Assembly: GCA_949358305.1 (NCBI GenBank)
Contig: OX442314.1
Coordinates: 5,828,001-5,892,000 of the forward strand
DNA from: Strigamia acuminata
Lineage: Eukaryota
Length of the DNA stretch: 64,000 nucleotides
Direction of reading: 5' to 3'
Below, piece by piece: positions 33,901 through 45,900 of the stretch; positions within the stretch are counted from its first letter, which is position 1; every line of letters starts with the position of its first letter. A program made the position numbers and the translations under genes. Below the pieces are notes generated by a model, which was not told where the DNA came from, ran no database searches, and saw only the letters and a program-made list of their open reading frames with translations.

Positions 33901-36900
33901 ACACAGTTTGAGAATTATGTTCCTCCAAGGAAAGAAATCCCCCAGGACAATCAGGTCCCTAAGGGAAATCTGCCCAATTTTGAACATAATTCTGGTTCGG
34001 CATCCTCCGCTGGTAGTTCATCTCAAGCGAGATTTTCCACCGACGACTTGGGAGCCATCCTTACCCATGTGCGAAATATTCAAACTGATTGTGCACAGCA
34101 AGTACAACAATTTATGCAGAATAATGCACAGCAAAATAATAATGCAAACAATTCAAGCAAAACCTTTTTCAAAGGTCAGGATATGCCTGTTTTCGATGGA
34201 AAACAGAAGGACGTGGCTAAATTTTTAGCTACAGCCAAAACAGTCGCTGTCGCTAAAGGTTTAACTCTGGATGAGATGGTAAAACGCGGAGTACCAACTT
34301 ATTTATCTGGTATAGCCCACGAATGGCATACCGATAACCTCGACAAATTTGTTGACTGGAAAACTTTCGAAAAGATGTTTTTGGCGGAGTTTGACATGAT
34401 CCCTGTCACTCGAGCCCGAAAGCTTCGAAATTTAATCCAGGGCCCAGAAGAGCCACTTTATACATTTCTTTTGAGATTTAAACAAGCTCAAGGATCTTAT
34501 TCAAAAAGAGATGAAGCCCCCACTCTTCTCGAGAATTTGAACTTAGTTAGTTACAATCGAATAATCGATAGAGGTCTTTATGAAGAATCATTTAATGACA
34601 TATTTCAATTTGTCCGGCAGAATAGGGCTCTTTTCGAAGCCCAAAATGCTAGTGTGGACACTATTGCCAATAAAGAGGACGAAACTGCCCCGTCAAATAC
34701 TCAAAAAGGTAAAGACACCAGGAGTTCGCGCCCACTCATACGATCTACTCAGACGTTGAACGCCGAACCAGAAGTTGTACCTATGGAATCTGACGAGACA
34801 GACAATCTTGAAAACGATGTTGGATTCAACAACATGGTATGTGCCCTATCGGAGAAAGCAACTGGAAAATGTTTCCATTGTAATCAACCAGGACACTTTA
34901 AGAGGGAATGTCCTTTGTTACAAAAAAAAAAATTTGTTCAGGACAAGCCCCAAGGTACTGGTAATAATACCAATACCAATCCCGCCTCTGATCTTTTTAA
35001 ACGACAGAGACAAAATTGGGTGACCGCTGAATCTTTGGACCAAAAGCTTGAAGACTTCAAAACTACTATGCAAACTAGTATGACAAAATCCATGTCGGAC
35101 TTATTCACTAAATTTTTGGATCCAAAAAATGCGACCACTCCGCCTTTGGCGATTGAAGGTCCACCGGCGCCAAAAAACTAGTAGAGGGGGTTACCGAAAA
35201 CCCCCTAAAAAACCAGAGTAGTACATTATCCTCAGAAATAGAAAATGTTCTAAACAAAACGCTGAACAAATTAGTAATTCAAGATGAGGAAATTAAACGA
35301 CCTAATCGTAAAACTAGGAAAAGGAATCCAAAGTATGTATTTAAGGAACCTTATCCCAACACTCCTTTTTCGATGGAAGAGACTGAAAATCCATTTACAT
35401 CATTCGATGACGACCTCTTTCCTGCGGATAAGGGGGACGAATCTTGGCGAGAGTCCTTGAATGCAATAATTGAAAGCGCTGTAAATCCTCCTGTTCGAGA
35501 GGAAACCACTAGTTCTAGTGGAGGAATATGCGAAAGTTTGGAGGCAATGATGGAAAATTTAGATATCTCCTCGAAATTATCTAGACATCATAGACTTCGT
35601 AAATATGTCAAAGAACATCAGCTCAAGAGAGCTGAAGTAGTTGAACGCATCAAACGTTTAGGAAACAGTAGCGACGACCCCCGAATGAAAATAACAATAG
35701 GTGGACTCACCTATAATGCTTTAATGGATTCAGGAGCCACCCAATGTTTTATTGGATTACAATTACTTGACAGTACTTGTGCCTCCCCTGACTTCATTCA
35801 AGATTGCCCCCGAAATATGAAAGTGTGTGCCGTCGGCATAACTCATATCCCACTAGGACAAATAACCCTTTGTGTTCAATGGGCAGATGGAGTAGAATTC
35901 ACTCCAATGAATTTCATCATTTTAGACCGAAATGTGTGTGGCCTAATTTTAGGACACAATTTTATGCGTCGTACAACAATTAATTTAAATCCAGCACGAG
36001 CTGTATTTGACTGTGACAACAAACCTGGTTGGACTGCGCCTTACGTGGATAACGAATTTAATGACAGTCTAGCGAGGTTACGCACACTAAGAGACGACGG
36101 AACAGTCACTCATACACCCGACAATTGGGAAGAATTGTTGGTGAAAGATTGTGATTGTTCCGACGAGGATAAGACCAAATTACTAGAAGTAATTTCTGGA
36201 ATCAAGCACGTCTTTCGGGACAAAGTTGGTTGTACGAACCTTGCTAAGCATAAAATTACGTTTAAAAAGGACGCGAAATGGAAAAAACAACCGTTTCGCA
36301 TGTACAATCCAGCTAAAATTGCTATTATGACCAAGCTAGTTGAAGAACTAGAAGCAGAGAACCTCATTGAGAAAGCCACGGGACCTTACATAAGTCATCC
36401 CGTAATAGTTGCCAAACCAAATGGCACATATAGGTTATGTATTGATTACCGATGGCTAAATGCGATCACCGAAGTCAATGCAATCCAAATGCCCAGTATT
36501 GATTTGCTCATGCACAATACTAATCAGGCAAAATACTTCACCTCACTTGACCTTACAAAAGGATATTATCAAGTAGAGATGGAAGACGAAGATAAGCAGA
36601 AAACTGCTTTCTATACCCCGAAAGGCAACTATCAATTTGTACGTATGCCATTTGGGTTATGTAACGCGCCTTGTACATTTCAAGCCCTAATGGAACAAGT
36701 TATGGGTGACGCGTTATATAAACATGCATTAGTCTATTTAGACGATGTAATTATCTTTTCTCGGACTTGGGATCAACATCTCGGTCACATTAAAGATGTA
36801 TTAGAACGACTAGACAAAGCAAACTTGTCCGTAAATAAAGAAAAGTCTAAGTTCGGCAGAACTACACTAAAATTTCTGGGACACCTAATCACGCCAAATG

Positions 36901-39900
36901 GATTGGCCCCGGATCCTGATAAAATCGCGTCAGTACGAAAATTTCCCACCCCAAAAACATCGAAAGATGTACAAAGGTTTCACGGGTTGGCAAATTTCTT
37001 TAGGAAGTTTATTCCTAACCACGGAGAAATTGCTACTCCACTGACTAGCATAATGCACGAGAAAGCAACCTTTGTCTGGGGACAAGAGCAAATAGACGCT
37101 TTCGAAAGAATTAAAGACATCTTATGCGACGAAACTCAAGTTTTGTTAATGCCTAATATGCTCGAACCCTTTGTGATTCTAACAGACGCTTCACATTCAG
37201 GATTAGGAGCGGTATTATGCCAAGATGTGGATTTTCTTGACAAAAACAAGGACAAATGGATTAAAACTCCAAGACCCGTAGCTTACGCTAGTCGCGTACT
37301 TCGAGGAGCCGAGCAACGTTACACTACTCCCGAACTAGAGTGTCTAGCGGTAGTATGGGCTGTAGAACGTTTCCGCCCTTACATAGAATACACGTCTTTC
37401 ACCCTGGAGTCAGATGCAGAAGCCTTAAAATGGCTAATGGGGACGCCAGAACCTTCTGGTCGTTTTGGCCGATGGGCAATTAAACTGCAATGCGGCGCCT
37501 TTAAAATTAAGTATCGTCGTGGTACTCAAAATCAAGTCGCAGACGCATTTTCAAGAGCTCCTTTGAGTATTGAAGACATTCCGAAGGATGATTATATCGA
37601 ACCCACAGAAATAACTCAATTCTGGCCCGAGTGGGACGGAAATAAAGAAGTTACTCGTAGAGAAGAACCAAAACCCTGTCAGTTCTTAACAAACGTGTCA
37701 GTAAAGTTTGATTATTCCAAAAAATTAAATAATTCTTTGGAAAAGGGGGAGAAAGGTCATGTAGAACCAGAAACTTTATTTAGTGCTTTAACCGAAGTAC
37801 TAACAAGGGGAGAGCACCAATAAGCTATCACAGATTGTTGTAATATTAAACAAGAAGGATTGTTATATCATGCTGAATGAGACCCTAAAATAATTTCATT
37901 CCATGAACAGCCAACAATGCAAACAATGAGCTGAAAGTTGGCACTATTTTGTCTGTGTATACATCAAATCTGAGCAATCAGGCCTAGTGTATGAATACTG
38001 TAAACAACAGTTGCTAGGTAAAAAATAGTTCCAAGATCCAAGTTCAATTTTACCATTTGAGATTCAATGATGTCATTTCCTCTTTTGATATCACATGACA
38101 TATGACATCAGAACTTCGTTCAACAACATGACTGTCTTCATGAAGACAATAATAGTTTGTAGTGGTGGTTCAGTGGTTAAGGCAATGGGCCAGGAATCTT
38201 TTCACACAGGTTCAAATCCTGTTGGGTGTGAAAATTTTTACATTTATTTTTTGTTAAATTTTAGCAGTTATTTTAATGTTTGTAATTTTATATTTGTTAA
38301 AAAATTAAAATTAACCAAATTAAAATTTTCTGGAAACAAATATAAAATTACAAACATTAAAATAACTGCTAAAATTTAACAAAAAATAAATGTAAATATA
38401 TTCACACCCAACAGGATTTGAACCTGTGTGGAAAGATTCCTGGGCCATTGCCTTAACCACTGAACCACCACTACAAACTATTATTGTCTTCATGAAGACA
38501 GTCATGTTGTTGAACAAAGTTCTGATGTCATATGTCATGTGATATCAAAAGAGGAAATGACATCATTGAATCTCAAATGATAAAATTGAACTTGGATCTT
38601 GGAACTATTTTTTACCTAGCAACTGTTGTTTACAGTATTCATACACTAGGCCTGATTGCTCAGATTTGATGTATACACAGACAAAATAGTGCCAACTTTC
38701 AGCTCATTGTTTGCATTGTTGGCTGTTCATGGAATGAAATTATTTTAGGGTCTCATTCAGCATGATATAACAATCCTTCTTGTTTAATATTACAACAATC
38801 TGTGATAGCTTATTGGTGCTCTCCCCTTGTAAGTATAGTTCCTCCTACCAGAGCAGAAATCATAGAAGCTCAGCTCAAAGATTATGAATGTAGAAAAATA
38901 ATAACCCATCTAAAGTTAGATGAAGTTGAGCAAAAGAAAAATAAGAAAACTAAGCGCTGGATGAAAGACATCAAAGGCTACCAACTAGATTTCAAAGAAA
39001 ATCATGATAATGAAGATGAGAATAGTAATGATTCTGAAATGTTAATCTTCTTCAAACCAACATTTGAAGAAGAATTAAATGATTCCGGCAACGGATTTAA
39101 AGCGGTGATTCCACCGTCTTTAGTACGACGAGTGTTGTTCGCATGCCACGGACATCCGTTAAGTGGACACGCGGGGATGAGTAAAACGCTCGAACGAGCG
39201 AAACTCATCTATTATTGGCCTAAAATGAGCAAAGACACGTGTAATTATGTTCGTAGTTGTGTTCATTGCCAACAATACAAACCTAGTCAACACCGCAAAC
39301 ACAGAGCGAGTTATACTCCTCACAATATGGCACAGCCATGGGAAGTTCTTTGTTTAGACTTCATGGGTCCCAAACCCGCTGGTCAGTACCAACATAAATA
39401 TATTTTAGTAGGAATTGATCAATGTACTAAATGGGTAGAATTAGCCCCGTTAAGCAAAGCTTCAAGTGAAGCAATTATAACAAAGTTAGGTGATATCGTA
39501 CACAGATGGGGATACCCCAGGAAAATTATCAGTGATAATGGAAAACAGTTCGCATCCACCATCTATGAGGGTTTCTGTAAAAGGCATAACATTAAAATGA
39601 CTCATATAAGTCCTTATCATGCTCAGGCCAACCCCACAGAACGGGCAAACAGAGATATCAAAATAATGCTTGCGATTTATTCTGATGTGCACTCTCACTG
39701 GCCACGTTTTCTGAATGAATTTGCATTTGCATCCAGAACGGCAAAATCCGAAGCAACCGGATCGACGCCATTTTTATTAAATACGGGAAGAATAGTAACA
39801 CTACCTTTCGACCCGCGAATTATTCAACACGCGAATAAATTCGATAAAAATAACCCTGAGGAATTCGTGTTTAACTTACTCGGGATTTTACGGAGAGCAC

Positions 39901-42900
39901 ACCAAGAAATGCACCGTAGGATCCAACTAAATTACGAGAAACACGACAGAATTCACCGTAATAAATTTCATATTTGCAAATATGAAGTAGGTGATTTAGT
40001 CTGGAAGAATACACATATTCTTTCCAATCAAGACAAAGGCATTACTAAAGGATTTGCTGAAAAACGAGACGGACCGTGGGAAATCACAGCCGTATTAACA
40101 GGAGGTGCATACGCCTTACGAAAATTATTAGATGATTCAATTGAACCATCAATAAATACGGATGATCTCACCCCGTATATCCCTTCATACCCGATTGAGA
40201 CATGGACTCTGGGTCAGAAAAAAGGAAAACTGGAAGATCACCCAAACCCTGATTGGATGTCATCAAATTCCGAATTTAACGAATCTAATTCACAAGAATT
40301 AGATAATCAAGATACAGAAGAAATCCCGCGTGAAAATCTTGAACAAGATATGGAAGAACTTCCTCAAGAAAATCTTGAACAAGAAGAAATAATAATTCCT
40401 ACCTCAAATGAAAATGGAAACGACATTACAGATTCACGAAGTAATAACTCGAATAAACGGAAGCGAACAGCTGACCTTCCGGAAATAATCTCGAGACCGA
40501 AAAGAACTTCGAAGCCAAATCCGAAATATACAACGGATTTTGTACAGATGATTCAAGAGCGTCGTTAAAAAGGATGCTAAAATATTAAAAAAGAATATTC
40601 TAAAAGATATTGATTTAATTCATATATTGAATATTCAAATCGAAATTCGCGAAGTCACCTGATAAGTTATGACCCCGGGTAGAGAGTAAAAGATTCGTTC
40701 TATATTCAGTCTTCTAACACACACGTGAGAGAAGAAGAACTTCGTCGAATTCAACAAAAAATCACGGTCAAACGCGTTGACATTGTTAGCTATTAACCAA
40801 CGAATACAGGTATTATGATTATGCATATAAAGTTATATATATATATCATGAAATTTCTTTGAATATTCGAAGAAATACGAACCAGCGGAATTCGTTTATT
40901 AGCGGCGGAGGATTTGAAAGCCACGTGCTCTAAACTCCAAGTTGTCGTCGAGGCGACTACACTCATAATTCCACAAGATACGCTTCTAAAGGAAGCAGGA
41001 CATTTTCGTAAGTTCGATAAAATTATCAATACACGAAAATATAAAATTGCAACGAATTATAATTATAAAATTCGTAAATTCAGTTACGCGTTTTCTCAAT
41101 AGAGGGCGCGCGCATACCAAAGTATTGCAAATAAAACTAAGACGTTTTTTTATACTTGTAGAATTATGGTCAAGAAGATACCAATTAAAAAGCGGCGAAT
41201 CGTGATTCAGTCGAGCTCTTCAGAGGAAGACAATACGCCCACGGTCAACCCGACCATCGTAACGATCCCGGGAGCACCAAACACTCCTATTGTGCTCGAC
41301 CAAAAAGGATGGGACATATTAACCTGGGCCCGAAACAACCCAGATGCTCTCCCAAAGGAAATTCGCCCAAAAACGGCTGTACCCAAAACAGCGATGGAGG
41401 TTACACAAGAAACCTTCATTATACCAAAAAAGGATAGTTTCTCCAAAAGCCATCCGTTACAACCGATCCATAAACCAAGCACGAGTCGAATGGAAGATTC
41501 GTCGACCTCTCATGAGAGAAGTCTGGACGAGATTGTCAAATTAGAAGCGAATCGAAATCCCGAGGGAAACCGCCATCAAGACAACAAACGTAAACAGCGA
41601 GAGTACGTTCATTACGACTCGCCGCCACCCACGACTTCGCGCGAAGTAGTGTATACTCCTAGATATAATACGGCTAGAGGGAAACGTACGTTTGTGTCCA
41701 CCAGAGCCCCCAAACTGCAGCCGCTGACTGCTCAACAAAGAGCAGCTAATAAGCAAGAAAAGGCACTACGTCGAAAAGCCGCCTGCGATCGCGACCTGGA
41801 AATGGGAATTCCACACGACAATTTGGAGCTCGCGAAGGGCGAAATACCGTGCCCTTTCTGTTTCGGGGTAGGCTGGATGTCCGGCTCCGGGACAGGATGC
41901 CATTTGGCATCGTGCGGGAATTGTCTCGGAACGAAACGACGATTAAAAATTCAACCTTGGAACCCTAAGTTTGTTTCGTACGTAATTAAAGGGTTGTTCG
42001 ATCCAGAACCCCGAAAATGGGCAACCTGCCACCTTTGTAAAGCTTTATTGTCTAACGATGGTAAAGCTGTATATGAGGATCCTGAATTTATGAATTCGCG
42101 AAGAACGCCCCTTGGCCTTCAAATGGGTCTGGAAAAAATGCCAAGTATTGTCTGTGTAGATAATGCGACTCAAACGGACGAAGCCGCACTAGTCCCCATG
42201 CCAAACGTTGTGGAACACGGAATTTCGAACGAGTTCTTGATTGAACCTTACCAAGTTCCTCCGAACACCAAGATAGGACAGTTATTTGTTTGGGAGGTTG
42301 AATACTACTACCCCATCGTGGCTCGACTTGCAATTATCATTTCTCGTCAATTAGTTACGGGTCTACCCGATCAAATAACAGTAGGATATGTGACCAGGAT
42401 CATGCAAATGATCTTGAATCCACGTCGCGTTGAGGGCTTCAACATTTTGGAGCATCTTTGGAATCTGCTCGTGGGAAAAATCGCAGATGAACTAAAAAAC
42501 CAAATATGTGAAGGCTGGATTTTGGTTTTGCCCCCGGTGATTGACATCTACGAAGATCTCAAAAAGATGATCAATGAAGAAGACGGATTGACTGATCAGC
42601 CTGAAGCAGGGGATAAAGCACCCGAGACTCCCATCGCCACGGAAGTTGTTGCGACCACTGCATTTTTCATAGATCGGCAACCGGAAGAACCTCTTCCCGC
42701 CAAGAAACGTGGCAAGGGTTCCTCTTCGAAGGATAGGCAAAAGCCCGCCACGGAGACCGAAAAAGGTCAAGATTAAGCCATGTTCGAATTTAAAAACAAT
42801 TAGCAGTTTGTTTGTGTGTTCTGTGATAAAAGAATATAATATGTAACCGAAAATTCTTTAACTAAGATTTTTGTAAGAAGTACTTCTTCGTTATACGAGA

Positions 42901-45900
42901 ATGACTTCATGTTTATTTTTTTAATAACCAAATTATTTTTATAACCGTCTCTGAAAAGAGAAAATAAAAACATTTTTTGAGCATCCTAAAGATAAGAACA
43001 TGTTTATTAAAAACACTCAGGGGCCTTATAAATATTGGAAATAAAATATTTATTAATATGGATGAATTTGACACAAATGATATTCCTAAAAGAATAACAT
43101 AAAATATAAGAGTATATGTTTAGTTATTAAGGGGGATGTGTGACAAATTAGCAATAGATGGCGCCACTAGTATTAGCGGCAAATTCAACCTCGAACTTAC
43201 TATTTTCCATATAAATAGTTCACAAACATATTATTATGTTGATACGACTAAATGTGATTCACATCGATAATATAAAAATATATTATCAATACTTAAGAAG
43301 ATAAAATAGGCGTTACTGCTTTATCACCGATACATGACGAGAAACACGGTTTCGAAGGTATTTCCGTTCTGTGTATCCATTTCCTGTCCCCGGTATCCAG
43401 TTCCGGTTTGTGCTAAAAAATTAGCATAATCCCAATTTGCATCCCCGTATCCACTTCCTGCGATACGAGATTGGTGGAACTTAATCCCACCGAGTATAAA
43501 ACTCCCTGACAACAGGAAGTTAAGTTAGTTCTTGATTTCTGGTTATTTGGTATGTTCCGCATGTCAAATAACTGTTTCTTACTCAGGGCATGGGCCTACC
43601 GGTCCATGCATAGCATGGCTCTGCTGAGCCATGCAACCCCCGTCAACTGAAGGCGAAGTTCGGACTGTTAATGTTTCCGTCAAACGGTCTTGCCGAGGAG
43701 AAAGCCTCCCGCATAAGTATCCTCGTGGTCGGACAATAGAATCACGTGTGATACCAAAGTATTTAGTAACCGTTAGTAGCACTGTTACTGAAAGAGATTG
43801 ACTCCATCACTTGATGGTGCCAAAGCAGTCTGCATGCAAAACATGCAGTTACCGCCAGTAGCACTATGTGTTTGGGAAAGTTATATCTCTTCGGTGATGG
43901 TGCCAAAGCAGTCTACTTATGAGTAGTATCTCAGGTGATTAATTCTGTTGTGCAGAACTGCGGGCTATATCCCCCTGAATACCAGTGCCGTCTCTCACCG
44001 CACTGTTATTTAGGGCACGCGCGATACTGTTCTGCTCAGCAAGGTGAACTTTGACGGCAATTGTGTGTTGCGATGTTTAACCTTTATTATATCCTGTAGT
44101 TGATAATAAACCTTAATTGTTTAAACTTGGCAACAAGTTAACAACCGAAGTAAGTCACGAGACTTATTTCATTGTACGACGAATCAAATTCGTAACAATA
44201 AATTGAATACAATTTATTGAGTTAATTTACTAAACTCACAACACCGCGAATTACATATAATTCGCAAGCGGAATCTTGGCGAATAAATGACTTCATTTAT
44301 TCATTACCAATTTCCAACCCTAGTTGTGGCGGTGCACATGAGTCAACCGCACCTCTCGGATCGAGCCAGACAGCATTACACGGACCATTACACGATACGA
44401 ACCAGGAACGCGAAGGAACCAGTTCCACGATTACGAAGCGCCGACGGAAGCCGCGAGGACACAGCCAGCCCGGCTATCTGATGACATCTATACTCGGTCG
44501 AGCGGGCGTTTTGCCGTTCCCGAACCCCGGATCACCAATGACCGTAATCATATTATTTTAGGGCTGTTTTACAGCCAATTCATGTATAGTTTAACTTGTA
44601 TTTAACTTGCCAAATGTCGGCATTAGAATTTGTATAACTTTTAGATTTGATTCTATTGTTTGACAACAATAAATGTAGTGTTTTGAGAAACTTGTTGTCT
44701 TTATTTTATCTCGTATTATTCACTATTTCACGCGACTTATACCCGGTACTATCATGCGATAGGAGTTGTGGTCGTCACCGTCACAACCGCGACGGTATTT
44801 ATAGGCGCCATTTTTATAGATGCCATTTGCACGTGCGACCTCGTGCGTACGAATCAAGGTATGATTCAAAATCATAACAATTCGTAGTAGCGACTTGTGT
44901 AGTCGCGCACATGCGCATCGCGCAGAAACATTGCTACGTGATTCGTACGAATATTTGCATCGTGCAACACCATTCATTTGTGCGATTGGTATTGTCGCAC
45001 GTATTACAGATCCCCGATCACGTCGTTGCAACGTGGTATTTCCGTGCTTTGTTAAAAAATTTTCAACGTTTTTATTGTTTTTCGCATCTCGTTTCATATC
45101 TCCGGTGACATCTCATTCGTAATCACTAATGTGGTTAGTTTTTGGACCACAAATTGGCTGTTGTGTATTCGGCAAAAATAGAATTATTTTTTATAAAAAC
45201 AATCGCTACGTTCAAAAATTAAAATAACAATTTTAGTTTAAGTGTATTTTAAGTTTTAACATGGGTTGAAACAGGAAATGATGTCATTTTTGGTTTAAAA
45301 TTGAAGTAAAACACAAAATATTTTACTTTTTTAATGCAGCCACTGATTTTGGCCAAAAAATATAAGTATTTTGGTCTCAGAGTACCGAAAATCACAAATT
45401 AAGATTACAAAATTACAATGTACACGTTGAGAAGTTTAACTTCTACCATGTGGTCTTAACTTAAGCACACATTAGAGAGATTGCGGGATGCATTTTCCTT
45501 TATTTTGTGCCACGTTACACTATTTTAGTGCCATATCGTAAAGGAAAAATCTTTAGTGTATTGTTTTCAACACTAAATTAAAATATAGCGCAGCCAATCA
45601 AAATTGAGAACACTATATTGTTAGCTCCGCCTATTGGAAATGGCGATTATTTTGTTGTCCCGATCAAACACATCACAGTCATAGGTACTTAGGTTGAATG
45701 ATAAGTGAGGCCCAAAATTGAATTTTAGGCCCAAAACCATACTTTATAGACATAATAATGGAATTTTATGCAGAAATTTGCACATTTACGTCCCCAAATT
45801 GAATTTTTAGGCCCAAAATTACTAACTGTCAGTAGTTGGCTGAAATAGTTTAGTGATAAGGGAAAAATGCATCCCGCAAACTCTCTAATCTTTTGTTTTG

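Larger units (their letters stand above)
35172..40568 (+). pseudogene. pol: Gypsy-C pol, split by the fold-back insertion
   Basis: LMDSGAT, YLDD, TDAS, then HGHPLSGH..C..C, SDNG, NPTER. Removing 37804-38829 plus one TAA restores the frame (TEVLSIVPPTRAE; compare Gypsy-B CVPPTREE). Confidence 0.92.
30619..44785 (+). mobile_element. Gypsy-C: three-ORF Ty3/Gypsy element with 1647-bp LTRs, in an intron of the channel gene
   Basis: LTRs 30619-32265 and 43139-44785 (one difference seen). TSD ACCG. PBS TGGAGGTCCCACCGAGAT (tRNA-Gln) 32268-32285. PPT AAGGGGGA before the 3' LTR. Confidence 0.96.

Noticed and set aside
38159..38473. Two tRNA genes
   Set aside because: A/B boxes are present but acceptor and anticodon stems do not pair convincingly; both lie inside a fold-back TE.
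44790..45120. Older CpG-rich DNA element flanking Gypsy-C (with 30440-30614)
   Set aside because: Composition is suggestive, but I could not find TIRs or a TSD.
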